A DNA stretch of 64,000 bases from Candidatus Marinacidobacterales bacterium (GTDB taxonomy: Bacteria; Acidobacteriota; Vicinamibacteria; Marinacidobacterales; DATDRI01), in the NCBI GenBank assembly GCA_965219415.1, contig CBDCNP010000002.1, positions 64,001 through 128,000 on the forward strand. The letters are read 5' to 3'. Positions 10,926-20,556 of the stretch are shown here, piece after piece. The first letter of the stretch is position 1, and each line of letters opens with the position of its first letter. The position numbers were made by a program, and so were the translations under genes. Below the pieces are notes generated by a model. That model saw only the letters and a list, made by a program, of their open reading frames with translations, ran no database searches and was not told the origin of the DNA.

Positions 10926-11687
10926 GTGATTGGTTTGAAGAAGAGACTCGAGGCCAAGCGGTCGGTGATAGGGGCGCTTCTCGGTCTCAGATCCCCGGAC
11001 ACCGCGGAGCTAATGACTAACGCTGGGTTCGACTTTCTATTGGTGGATGCCGAACACTCGAGCATCGGCCCCGACGGCATCTTGGAAATGATCCGAGCCA
11101 TCGAACGGGGGCAAGCAATTCCTTTGGTTCGGGTATCCGAGACCACCGCGGCCAATGTGCAATGGGCCTTGGACGGCGGTGCCAAAGGGATTCTCTTCCC
11201 GCGTGTGCGCTCCGTCGAGGATGTGAAACACGCGGTATCGCTTTGCCGGTATCCTCCAGACGGTGTTCGCGGCCTTGGGCCGGGCCGAGCGAGCGGTTAC
11301 GGAACCAAGCTTCTTGACTACGCCGCCACCGCCAACGAAGAGATTGTCGTCATGATCCAGGTCGAGACTATGGAGGCGGTCGATTCGGTCGAGGCGATCG
11401 CCGCGGTTCCGGGAGTGGATCTGCTCTTCATCGGTCCAGGAGACCTCTCACAGGTCCTCGGAATCCCCGGGGAACTTCACCACCCCAAGATCCGGCAGAT
11501 CGGGAGTCGCGTCCTGTCGGCATGCGCGCGGGAAAAAGTACCCGCCGGAATCCTGGTACTGGACGAAAAAACCATGGCTTACTGGAAGGAACAGGGCGTG
11601 CAATTCTTTGCCATCGGTTCCGATGCCCTCTTTCTCGCCAAATCGTGCCGCGATACGTTGGAGACCTGGAATAGGCTTGGCGAATGA
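10926..11687 (+). CDS. HpcH/HpaI aldolase family protein
   Basis: GFDFLLVDAEH, RYPPDGVRG, QVET and FIGPGDL motifs; GTG start after GGAGG. Confidence 0.9.
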   Translation: MIGLKKRLEAKRSVIGALLGLRSPDTAELMTNAGFDFLLVDAEHSSIGPDGILEMIRAIERGQAIPLVRVSETTAANVQWALDGGAKGILFPRVRSVEDVKHAVSLCRYPPDGVRGLGPGRASGYGTKLLDYAATANEEIVVMIQVETMEAVDSVEAIAAVPGVDLLFIGPGDLSQVLGIPGELHHPKIRQIGSRVLSACAREKVPAGILVLDEKTMAYWKEQGVQFFAIGSDALFLAKSCRDTLETWNRLGE

Positions 11688-12637
11688 CGATGCAGGCAGT
11701 TATCACCGACGGTTTTCGAGAAACATCCATCGAAGAGCAAGTCCTCGCTCCGGCAGATATCCGAGTCGTCACCGCAGAAGGACGGCCGGAGGAGGAAGCG
11801 CTCGAGTTGATCCGAGAGGCCGACGCTCTCCTGGCCCTGGCGCGCCCCCTCTCGGGAAAGCTCATCTCCCAACTCACCCGCTGTCGGGTCATCGTTCGTT
11901 ACGGTGCCGGGATGGACTCGGTAGACGTTAAGGAAGCGCAGGCGCGGGACATCGTCGTCGCCTCGGTCCCAGACGCCGCGGTACAAGAAGTGGCCGCTCA
12001 CGCGCTGGCGCTGCTCATGCTATGCGCACGGAAGCTCTGGGCCTTCCGACGCGTGGAAAACTTCGCGCTAGACGATCACACTCCCGTACATCCTATACAG
12101 CGCTTGAACGAAACCACGCTCGGTCTCGTCGGCTTCGGGAGGATCGCGCAAGCCTTGGCTCGCATGTCCGGCGAGGTTTTCGGCCGGATCCGCGCGTACG
12201 ACCCGCTAGTTGCCTCGTGGGATCAAAGAAAGGATGTGGAGCGATCGGACTCTCTAGAAGACTTGCTCGAGAGCGCGGACTTTGTCTCCCTCCACGTGCC
12301 CCTTACAGAAACCACAAGACATTTGCTGGGGCGGTCCCGATTCCGCTTGTTGAAACCGGGCGTTTGTTTGGTGAACACCGCCCGAGGAGGTCTCATCGAC
12401 GAAGCGGCCCTGATCGAATCTCTGGAATCGGGCCATATTGCGGCCGCCGGTCTCGACGTCATGGAGGAGGAACCACCGCCGTCGGACCATCCTTTGCTGT
12501 CGTTTCCTCAGGTGTACTACACCCCTCACCTGGCCTGGTACTCGGAAGCTTCCCGGATAGAGCTCCGACGAAGGGTTGCCGAAGAAGCGCTCCGAGTGTT
12601 GACCGGCAAGCCCGCGCTCAACCCGGTGGTCATCTGA
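11684..12637 (+). CDS. D-isomer-specific 2-hydroxyacid dehydrogenase (CtBP-like)
   Basis: GLVGFGRI, SLHVPL, NTARG and TPHLAWYS motifs; ATGA overlap with the aldolase. Confidence 0.9.
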   Translation: MTMQAVITDGFRETSIEEQVLAPADIRVVTAEGRPEEEALELIREADALLALARPLSGKLISQLTRCRVIVRYGAGMDSVDVKEAQARDIVVASVPDAAVQEVAAHALALLMLCARKLWAFRRVENFALDDHTPVHPIQRLNETTLGLVGFGRIAQALARMSGEVFGRIRAYDPLVASWDQRKDVERSDSLEDLLESADFVSLHVPLTETTRHLLGRSRFRLLKPGVCLVNTARGGLIDEAALIESLESGHIAAAGLDVMEEEPPPSDHPLLSFPQVYYTPHLAWYSEASRIELRRRVAEEALRVLTGKPALNPVVI

Positions 12638-12648
12638 GGCGCTGCTAC

Positions 12649-13803
12649 TTAGCCGCCCCAGATCTTCTCGTAAACGCGAAGCCAGTTTCCTCCCAGAACC
12701 TTGTGAATCTCCTCGGTCGACCAGCCACGCTCGATGAAGCCCCGAGTCACGTTGGGAAGCTCGGTAATGTTCTCGAAACCCTTGACGAACAACCAAGGGG
12801 GCTCTCCCACCATCGTTTTCGGGATGGTGAAGCGGTCGACGTCTTCCTCCGTCTGGGGCTCCACTCGCCCGACGACGAAATCCGGACCCAGGCCGACGTG
12901 GTCCACGCCGACCAGCTTACGTACATAGTCGAATTGATCGAGATGCTGCTCCATCGTGGCGTGCGGGCTTCGCGGAATGTGAGCATCCTTGCGAGGACGA
13001 ACGTGATAGTCGCTAATCGCAGAGATCCCGATGACGCCTCCGGTTTTGGCGATCGCCTCCATGAGCGGGTCGTTTATGCATCGAATGTTATCCACGATGG
13101 CAGCGACGTTGGCATGACTGGATATGACCGGAACCCTCGGTGCCATCTCTATGGCTTCGAAGCTCGTTTTCTCACTGGCGTGCCCGCCAATGTCCAACAC
13201 CAAACCCAATTTGTGGATCTCTTCCACCAGCCGCCGACCGGCCTGCGTCAGACCGATCTCTGGATCGAGAACGCCTCCCCCAAAAATGTTGGACACTTGG
13301 TAGGAAATGCCAATGATGCGAATACCCAACTGATAGAAGGCACGAAGGGCGGTCGGAGGGGGCTCGCCCCGCGCCTCGGCCAACTCATTGGCCGACTGCC
13401 AAGCGAAGACTAACGCGATCTTGTCCTCCCGATCGGCCTGGCGTATTTCGGCCACTTTCGTGACCGGGACCATCTTGCTCGGGTGCTCGTCGAGAAAATT
13501 GTAAAGATCGGCGAACAGCTGAATGTCACCCAGACCGCCAGCACCTACGCTCTTGGCCTGGCAATTCACTCCTCCCGCCTTCAGCATCTCCAAATATTTC
13601 GGGCTGAGCTCGGACGGGTCGCAACCGTTGACCACCACCGTCGAGCGCTGCACTGCCCAAGGATCCCGCTCGGGAGAGCGATCCGCCAAATCCTGCTGGA
13701 AAAGTCCTGGCCCTTCTCGCTTCGCCGCCGTCCCCTTTCGCGTTGACCCGACTACTGCGGCACTCACCGCCGCTGCCGCACCAAGAAACTCTCTTCTCTT
13801 CAT
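12649..13803 (-). CDS. membrane dipeptidase (peptidase M19) with Tat signal
   Basis: MKRREFL twin-arginine motif; SSHAN, DHVGLGPDF and LGGNWLRV motifs. Confidence 0.85.
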   Translation of the reverse strand: MKRREFLGAAAAVSAAVVGSTRKGTAAKREGPGLFQQDLADRSPERDPWAVQRSTVVVNGCDPSELSPKYLEMLKAGGVNCQAKSVGAGGLGDIQLFADLYNFLDEHPSKMVPVTKVAEIRQADREDKIALVFAWQSANELAEARGEPPPTALRAFYQLGIRIIGISYQVSNIFGGGVLDPEIGLTQAGRRLVEEIHKLGLVLDIGGHASEKTSFEAIEMAPRVPVISSHANVAAIVDNIRCINDPLMEAIAKTGGVIGISAISDYHVRPRKDAHIPRSPHATMEQHLDQFDYVRKLVGVDHVGLGPDFVVGRVEPQTEEDVDRFTIPKTMVGEPPWLFVKGFENITELPNVTRGFIERGWSTEEIHKVLGGNWLRVYEKIWGG

Positions 13804-13817
13804 CTGGCTCTCCTCTC

Positions 13818-14729
13818 TCACTCCGTCTCGGGTTCCTGCAAACTGTAGTAGACGGCGCGCACGAACCGTTCGATTCTCCCTTCCCACGGGCCATCGAAGG
13901 ACGCGGTCGGTTTCGAAGTCACCACGTCCTCGACACTCATCCCATCGTTGATCATCGTCTGAACCTTGTCTCGGACCGCGATGAGCATGTCGCGATAGGC
14001 ACGCAGATCATCCGAACTGGCAAGGGGCCCATGCCCAGGAATGATCTTGGTGTCGGAATCGGAGAGTGACAAGACGCGCTCGGCGGCGGCGATCATACCG
14101 TTCACATTGCCACCAAAGTCGACATCGATGAACGGATACATACCATTGAAGAAATTATCTCCCATATGGAAGACGCCGGCTTTGGCGAAGTAGATGATGG
14201 AATCTCCGTCGGTGTGAGCGTGACTCATATGAAAGATACGGATCTCCTCACCGTTCCAGTGAAAGGTCACAGCGTCGTTGAAAGTAATCCTGGGTAAGGC
14301 GTCGGCCGGAGCCGCTGGTGTCTCATCCTGGCGCAGGATCTCGCGGAATTGATCCACGCTCATCCGGCGCCGCACGTTGTCGTGCGCCACGATGAGGGTT
14401 CCGCGCTTTCCAAAGTTTTCGTTTCCACCGGTGTGATCGCCGTGGAAATGCGTATTGACGAGGAAACGCACGCCCTCCCCGGTGACGCTGTGAATCGCGG
14501 CTTCGATCCTGTCGGTGAGGGGGGCGAACTGGTCATCGACCAGGAAGGTGCCATCGGTGCCGGTCGAAAGACCGATATTGCCTCCCCGACCCACCAGCAT
14601 GTACAAACCATCCTGGATCGGGACGACCTCGATCTTGACGTCGGCGAACTCGTCCTGGGCGGCGGATTCCATCGGCAATGCCAGCATAGCGAGGGCCACA
14701 GTGACCAGAATCCATCGTTCGACTTTCAT
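13818..14729 (-). CDS. secreted MBL-fold metallo-hydrolase
   Basis: Signal peptide; NTHFHGDH, AHTDGD, HMGD and PGHG motifs. Confidence 0.9.
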   Translation of the reverse strand: MKVERWILVTVALAMLALPMESAAQDEFADVKIEVVPIQDGLYMLVGRGGNIGLSTGTDGTFLVDDQFAPLTDRIEAAIHSVTGEGVRFLVNTHFHGDHTGGNENFGKRGTLIVAHDNVRRRMSVDQFREILRQDETPAAPADALPRITFNDAVTFHWNGEEIRIFHMSHAHTDGDSIIYFAKAGVFHMGDNFFNGMYPFIDVDFGGNVNGMIAAAERVLSLSDSDTKIIPGHGPLASSDDLRAYRDMLIAVRDKVQTMINDGMSVEDVVTSKPTASFDGPWEGRIERFVRAVYYSLQEPETE

Positions 14730-14810
14730 CTGAATCCCTCCAAGAGAACGTCGATAAGCCGGGCAACCATAACCCAGTGACGAACCTGAGGCAAAGCCGT
14801 TTGCGTTAGA

Positions 14811-15788
14811 ATGTCGCGGATGTTGAGGTTACGACCGGTCGGGCTCGACGACGCTCGCCGTGCCGCGGAACGCCTGAAACCCTTCCTCGTCCGCACCCCT
14901 CTGGTTCGCCTCAACGTGGATGACGCCCCAGCCGAGATCTACTTGAAGATGGAGAACCTTCAGCCCATCGGGTCTTTCAAGATTCGGCCGGCCGGAAACG
15001 CGATTCTCAGTCTCCCGCCGGCCCAGAGGCGCGAGGGCGTCTACACCGCGAGCTCGGGCAACATGGCGCAAGGGGTTGCCTTTGCGGCGAAAGAGCTCGG
15101 TATTCCAGCTAGCGTCTTGCTTCCTCGGGACGCCGCCTCGAACAAAGTCGAGGCGCTCAAGCGCCTCGGTGCCCGTATTCGCTTTTTGCCGGACGACGAA
15201 TGGTGGCCGGTCATCCACAATCACGGTCACCCCGATGAAAAACGCGTCTTCGTGCATCCCGTCGCCCACCAAGATGTTCTCGCGGGAGATAGCACGGTAG
15301 GCCTCGAGATCATCGAAGACCTGCCGGACGTGGATACGGTGTTGGTGCCCTTTGGGGGAGGGGGCCTGGCGTCAGGAATAGCTTCGGTATTGCGGACCTT
15401 GAAGCCCAGTGCCCGTGTGCTGGGATCCGAATCCGATCATTGCACTCCCCTATCTGCCTCTCTCAAGGCCGGCCGGCCCGTCGAGCTGCCTGTCGAGAGC
15501 AGCTTCGTCTCGGGAATAGGAATCGGCAAAGTGCTCGATGAAATGTGGCCCTTGGTGAGCGAGCTTGTTCAGGGTGCGGTCGTTGCTAGCGCCCGAGAGA
15601 TCGTGGATGCCGTAGCCCTCATGTCGGAAAGACACCGAATCGTTGTCGAGGGGGCCGGTGCGGCTCCCGTGGCGGCGGCGCTCGCGGGCCGAGCGGGAGG
15701 CGGTAAAGTTGTCTGCGTTCTGTCCGGCGGAAATCTCGATACGAAGTATTTAGTCGATATCCTCGAGGGCGGCATCCCCACGCTCTAG
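14811..15788 (+). CDS. PLP-dependent threonine/serine dehydratase family protein
   Basis: KMENLQPIGSFKIR, SSGN, GGGGL and SGGN motifs. Confidence 0.9.
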   Translation: MSRMLRLRPVGLDDARRAAERLKPFLVRTPLVRLNVDDAPAEIYLKMENLQPIGSFKIRPAGNAILSLPPAQRREGVYTASSGNMAQGVAFAAKELGIPASVLLPRDAASNKVEALKRLGARIRFLPDDEWWPVIHNHGHPDEKRVFVHPVAHQDVLAGDSTVGLEIIEDLPDVDTVLVPFGGGGLASGIASVLRTLKPSARVLGSESDHCTPLSASLKAGRPVELPVESSFVSGIGIGKVLDEMWPLVSELVQGAVVASAREIVDAVALMSERHRIVVEGAGAAPVAAALAGRAGGGKVVCVLSGGNLDTKYLVDILEGGIPTL

Positions 15789-15845
15789 TGGACTGTATCG
15801 AGGTGGTACCAACTTCGTTGGTACAGCCTACTAGTGCCACGAATC

Positions 15846-17990
15846 TCAAGGAGGAAACTGCCGTACGTAGTGATCATAGGTAAGCTGTACCCGGGACACG
15901 TAGGCGACCACCTCCGAGCCCCGAACGTAACCGAACCTCGCGGTGCGGTTATAACGCGGCTGCTCCAAGAGAAGCATCGCTTTTTCCGTCTGACCGAACC
16001 ACCTATCGGCGTCCCGCCCCATCTGCGTCGCTAGACGACGAGCGTCCTTTACATGCCCCTCGCCCGCGTTGTACGCCGCCAATGCGAATCGAATTCGATG
16101 CTTCAGGGGAATTCTCTGGTCCGTCCTCGAAAGGAGCAGGGACATGTATCTAATACCGGCGTGGATGTTCGCATCGACCGTGCCGATGTCTTCAAACCCC
16201 AGCTCCTGCGCGGTTCGCGGCATCAACTGAAACAGGCCCTCCGCCCCTGCCCAACTACGGCTCCGAGGGTCGAAGCGACTTTCACGGAACGCCTGCGCCG
16301 CCATGAGGCGCCAATCCAAGTTGTATTGCTTGGAGTACTTCTTGATGAGATTGTCGTACGGTGTGAGCCTCCCGGTCTCAGAAGCGCGCCGCTCCTTCGC
16401 ACGGCGAATACCCGCGCTGTTGTGGAAGTATCGATTGAAGATGACGTTGTAGGCGAGCCCCCGGTATGACTCGGAAACGAAGCCATCCAGGAACGTCCGC
16501 AGCTTGGGGTTATTCTTCCGGGTTCCGAAGGCGATCTCTTTGGGGTGGGCCCCTTCTTCGGAGTCCGGCTCCGGCAAGGAAGGCAGGAATACGGCTGGCT
16601 GCACATCATCCCTATAAGCCAGCTCCGCGTCCAGGAGGTGGGAATCGGCGACGGTAAGAGGGATCGTTCCCTCACCGACTGCCGCCACCAAATCCTCGAT
16701 CTCCTGCTCCTCCGACGCCTCCACGATCGCGAAGGGGCCGATCAAATCCTGGAGCGCCTGGAGCGTCTGATAGTAACTAGTGGATCTCTGCACGTGAATC
16801 TCTCGCCCGACGAGGTCTTCGATGAAACGAAGGGGTTCTTCGGTATCGGCGGGCTCGACGATAACTTCATGCGGGTATAAGTAGGGCCGGGTGAAGGCGA
16901 TCTGTTCCTGGCGGTTAGGAGTAATCGTCATGCTCGCCGCAATGATGTCTCCGCGGCCTTCGAGAAGCCAGGGGATGAGGTCCGCGAATCGCGGGGGCAC
17001 CACCATCTCGAGTCGCACGCCCAAGTCACGAGCCGCCATCTCTGCGAGCTCGTAGTCGAAACCCATGAGTCGCCCGCGATAAAGAAAGTAATTGACACTA
17101 TTGTTGCGCGTGAGAACTCGAATGGACCCCCGGCGCTCTATGGCGTCCAGGTCGCCGGTACTGGCTTCCGTCGCGTGCTCGGTAACGAAGTGCCCGATCA
17201 CGAAACTATCGGCAGCTGCCAAGAGCTCCGGGTTTTCCTTGCGGACCGCCCATCCGACTTGTCTTCCTTCTGCGATGGGAAAGAGCCGCGCGACCTCGGT
17301 GTTGTAGCTTTCGATCTCTGCGAGCTGGTCGCTATCGACTGCCGTGAGGGGTCGGCGTCCCAGGCTCACGTCGTGAACGATGGATTCGGTGTCTCGCTCC
17401 TCTTCGACGTAGACGACCCGCAGGTTCAAATGTAGTTCTTCGTCGAGCTGACGAAGGGTCCGCGCGAAGGAAGAGCTCCGCCGCACGTGAACTTCCCGTC
17501 CAACCAGATCACCCACGCGCTGCGGCAAGTCGGGTTCGCCCTTACGCCCCACCAGCCACTCCGATACGGTGGCGGTTGGCCGCGAGAACGAAACCAGCTG
17601 AGCACGCTCCGGGGTCATCGTGAGCTGGGCAGCAACGAGATCGGCGTAACCCCGTAGCAGTAGATTGAGGAGCACCGAGCGGTCTTCGACTCGCACGACC
17701 TGCGTGCTAACCCCGAGCTCTGCCGCAAACGAAGCGGCCAGGTCTTCCGCTCCTACCGCCGTTGAACTACGGGGCAATTCCTCCGTGCTTAAAGCAGTCA
17801 CGAGAACACGAAGCGTTCCGCGTTCTCGTACACGCTCGATATCGCCGGTATCGACAAACAGCTCCGACGACTCCCTCGGAGAGCTGTGGATGAGAATTTC
17901 GGCGGGACCCTCGGAAGGCGCGCGACGCTCGCAGGCGAGGAATAGGGTGGTCGCGGCTAGCAGGGTCGCGGCCGGCGCACGCCACGACAT
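15846..17990 (-). CDS. MltF-like lytic transglycosylase with two solute-binding domains (lipoprotein)
   Basis: FLAC lipobox; two RGxLRVL/RGxIRVL SBP modules; SLT motifs ESRF, GLFQLMP and AAYNAG. Confidence 0.85.
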   Translation of the reverse strand: MSWRAPAATLLAATTLFLACERRAPSEGPAEILIHSSPRESSELFVDTGDIERVRERGTLRVLVTALSTEELPRSSTAVGAEDLAASFAAELGVSTQVVRVEDRSVLLNLLLRGYADLVAAQLTMTPERAQLVSFSRPTATVSEWLVGRKGEPDLPQRVGDLVGREVHVRRSSSFARTLRQLDEELHLNLRVVYVEEERDTESIVHDVSLGRRPLTAVDSDQLAEIESYNTEVARLFPIAEGRQVGWAVRKENPELLAAADSFVIGHFVTEHATEASTGDLDAIERRGSIRVLTRNNSVNYFLYRGRLMGFDYELAEMAARDLGVRLEMVVPPRFADLIPWLLEGRGDIIAASMTITPNRQEQIAFTRPYLYPHEVIVEPADTEEPLRFIEDLVGREIHVQRSTSYYQTLQALQDLIGPFAIVEASEEQEIEDLVAAVGEGTIPLTVADSHLLDAELAYRDDVQPAVFLPSLPEPDSEEGAHPKEIAFGTRKNNPKLRTFLDGFVSESYRGLAYNVIFNRYFHNSAGIRRAKERRASETGRLTPYDNLIKKYSKQYNLDWRLMAAQAFRESRFDPRSRSWAGAEGLFQLMPRTAQELGFEDIGTVDANIHAGIRYMSLLLSRTDQRIPLKHRIRFALAAYNAGEGHVKDARRLATQMGRDADRWFGQTEKAMLLLEQPRYNRTARFGYVRGSEVVAYVSRVQLTYDHYVRQFPP

Positions 17991-18190
17991 GGCGGCATTA
18001 TCCGGCCCCCCCCGCGGACAAGCAAATGCGCGGACGGGACTAGGTGAGACCGCCGTTACTTTCGGTAGCACCCCTGTTGAAGACTCGGATGACGTGATCA
18101 CAGTCCGTCCCAGAGCAACATGAGAGCCCAGGGATGGCTGCGGCTGGAAATTTCGTCACATGGGAAAGAGCTGATTGAGGGGAAGTAGGT

Positions 18191-18219
18191 TTGACAGATA
18201 TATGGTTAGACGATATGCT
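18191..18219 (+). promoter_or_regulatory. sigma70 promoter of vapBC
   Basis: TTGACA (18191-18196), 17-bp spacer, TATGCT (18214-18219). Confidence 0.75.
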
Positions 18220-18226
18220 TATACGC

Positions 18227-18469
18227 ATGAGGACGACGCTCAACCTCGACGATGCCATCGTGCGCGCAGTGAAACGAGAGGCGTTCAGGTCCGGACGGAC
18301 CATGACCGAGGTCATTGAAAGCTCCTTGCGAGAGACGTTGCTGCAACGCAAGGCCACGCCGAGAAAGCGGTTCCAGTTGGGGATGGTGACCGTCAACGGG
18401 TCGGTGAACCCCGGGGTTGACCTCACCGACCGCGATAACTTGATCGACGTGATGGAAGGCCGTAGTTGA
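18227..18469 (+). CDS. vapB: VapB-type RHH antitoxin
   Basis: MRTTLNLDD RHH start; overlaps the downstream PIN gene by 4 bp. Confidence 0.85.
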   Translation: MRTTLNLDDAIVRAVKREAFRSGRTMTEVIESSLRETLLQRKATPRKRFQLGMVTVNGSVNPGVDLTDRDNLIDVMEGRS

Positions 18470-18897
18470 TCGCGGTCGACACCAACATCCTGGTGTACGC
18501 CCACCGCGAGGGCCTCGACCTCCATGGGGCAGCACTCGAACGATTGTCTACGATCGCGGAAGGGCTAGAGCCTTGGGGTCTACCGGTTTTCTGTACCGGC
18601 GAGTTCGTTCGCGTGGTGACCCATTCGAAAATATTCACTCCACCTTCAACACTCGATCAAGCGCTGTCGGCGCTGAACGCAGTTCTCCGAAGCCCGTCCT
18701 TGCGTCTACTCTCCCCAGGCGAGCGTTATCTCGATCTGTTCGAAGATTGTGTCCGAGAGGCAGATGCGAGAGGAAACCTCGCTTTCGACGCTCAGATCGC
18801 CGCGGTCTGCCTGGAGCACGGGGCGAAGCACCTTCTGACGGTCGACCGGGACTTCAGCCGTTTCTCTGGGATTCAAGCACTCTCGATTACTTCGTGA
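18466..18897 (+). CDS. vapC: VapC PIN-domain toxin
   Basis: VDTNILVYA, EFVRVVT, DAQIAA and TVDRDF PIN acidic residues. Confidence 0.9.
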   Translation: MIAVDTNILVYAHREGLDLHGAALERLSTIAEGLEPWGLPVFCTGEFVRVVTHSKIFTPPSTLDQALSALNAVLRSPSLRLLSPGERYLDLFEDCVREADARGNLAFDAQIAAVCLEHGAKHLLTVDRDFSRFSGIQALSITS

Positions 18898-18923
18898 AGG
18901 GTTCGCGCACCGCGGCCGACACG

Positions 18924-20555
18924 CTACGGGGCCACTTCTCCCCACGTGGGCACTTCGAACTGCACGTTCTCGTTCGCGAGCTCGGTACGGCTGATGCCGT
19001 CATACTGATTCGCTACGTCGGCCCAGGGGCGTAGCCGAACGGAGATTCTGTCTCCAGCACGGAACTGTGAGGCCTCCTGCAAAACACGGTCCCGCATGCC
19101 CCAGATGTACACGACGGCCTGAGCCCCGCTCACCCCAGCCCCGTCGCCCGCGAGGTCCACCAGATGTATGGCGGTGATGTGGTCGGCGTACGGAACCGTA
19201 CCCGGCCGTGGAATCGGCGCTATTTCTTGGATCGTTCCGGATACCGCAACCGCTTCGCCGGGCGCAGGGACGAAGAACTGCCCGGGCGCCGCCTCGCCGA
19301 GACTGAGGTCCACAAGCGTCCAGTCGCCAACGGCCAGCTCCCGTTCCGCGAACTGGAAGATCACCAGCCGCTTGCCGGCGAGGCGATCCCGTCCGCCCGC
19401 GAGCTCGCGCCCCAAATGCTCTCTCGCAGCAAACGCACCGTCGGCGTTCTGAACGATCCGATCGATGGGCCGCTGCATGAGAAAGCTGAGCTGCTCGGCG
19501 AATCCACCGGACTCTCCCCAACCCATTTCAGCCAGGGAATAGATGTTGCTGAAGCTGTCGCCGAGCAGTAAAACATCGGCCTTTCGACTCGATTCCCACG
19601 GAGCGCCTTCCTCGATGCGTATCCGTCGCACCCGCACCAGCTCTTTTGGATAGCGTGACTGCCCCTCGGGCAGATCCAACATGCGAGCTACATCTCCCCG
19701 GTTCGTGACCTCCACGTTCTCACTGGTGTAATCGGCCCCGGGTGCCGGAGGTAACTCCACATGCTGTGACACGAAGTCGCGGAGATGAGCCGCCACCAAC
19801 TCCATGGCCTCGGGTCGCCAATGTGTATCAGTCATCAAGTATTGGGGTGTTCCGGTTTGGCGCTTGGCATCGAACAGGAACGGGGCTGGGTCGAAGACCA
19901 GTACGCCGCGCTCCCCGAGTTGGCTAATGAGGCTCTCGTAATCGGCCGGTCGCAGCGGACCGCCCACTTCTTCGAAACCGCGGCTGAATCGCTCCGGGTG
20001 GACCGAGGGCTTCACCGGCGTGGGAATGACGATGAGTCGAATGCCTCTTCGTTCCAATTGCGCTTGGAGGTCCAAGATCGCCGGACGTGGATTTCTCGAT
20101 TCCAGAAAACTGGGGCCGATCAGGTAGTCCAGGCTGTCTCTAAAAAAGAGCCACGCCTTGCCACCGATGTAGGCCTGCTCGTTGCCGGCGCCGAAGGCGC
20201 TGAGGAAGTACTGGGTCCCCGGCCTTAGCATCTGCCCAAGAAGTGTCTGCTCGCCGGCATCGTCGTCGAAGCGTTCAAGCTCGCCGATAACCACACGGTT
20301 CTTCCGAAAGACTCGTGTTGGCAGCGACGCGTCCGCTTCGCTACGGAGGGGCGACACCGTGACGCGGACTAAACTGGCTGCACGGCGTCGCAAGCTGTCC
20401 GACCCGTCGTGGACGATTTCGGCGAGCAAAGCGCCACCGACCAACAGAATAAACTGGCCCACCAACAGCCAAGCGGTCCCGCGCCCAATCGTCGTGTGGC
20501 CGACTTCCCTCCGCGCGAGCTCTTCTCGGGTCTGTTGAAGCGATTTCTCGGTCAT
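18924..20555 (-). CDS. AlgJ/AlgX-like SGNH O-acetyltransferase with extra C-terminal domain
   Basis: N-terminal TM anchor; WLFF, PTPVK, TDTHW and LLGDSFS motifs. Confidence 0.85.
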   Translation of the reverse strand: MTEKSLQQTREELARREVGHTTIGRGTAWLLVGQFILLVGGALLAEIVHDGSDSLRRRAASLVRVTVSPLRSEADASLPTRVFRKNRVVIGELERFDDDAGEQTLLGQMLRPGTQYFLSAFGAGNEQAYIGGKAWLFFRDSLDYLIGPSFLESRNPRPAILDLQAQLERRGIRLIVIPTPVKPSVHPERFSRGFEEVGGPLRPADYESLISQLGERGVLVFDPAPFLFDAKRQTGTPQYLMTDTHWRPEAMELVAAHLRDFVSQHVELPPAPGADYTSENVEVTNRGDVARMLDLPEGQSRYPKELVRVRRIRIEEGAPWESSRKADVLLLGDSFSNIYSLAEMGWGESGGFAEQLSFLMQRPIDRIVQNADGAFAAREHLGRELAGGRDRLAGKRLVIFQFAERELAVGDWTLVDLSLGEAAPGQFFVPAPGEAVAVSGTIQEIAPIPRPGTVPYADHITAIHLVDLAGDGAGVSGAQAVVYIWGMRDRVLQEASQFRAGDRISVRLRPWADVANQYDGISRTELANENVQFEVPTWGEVAP

Positions 20556-20556
20556 A

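Noticed and set aside
12022-13413. 463-aa plus-strand ORF and similar long shadow ORFs (e.g. 4185-5249, 43131-43943, 49721-50494)
   Set aside because: They overlap well-supported genes, have no motifs, and are expected at high GC.
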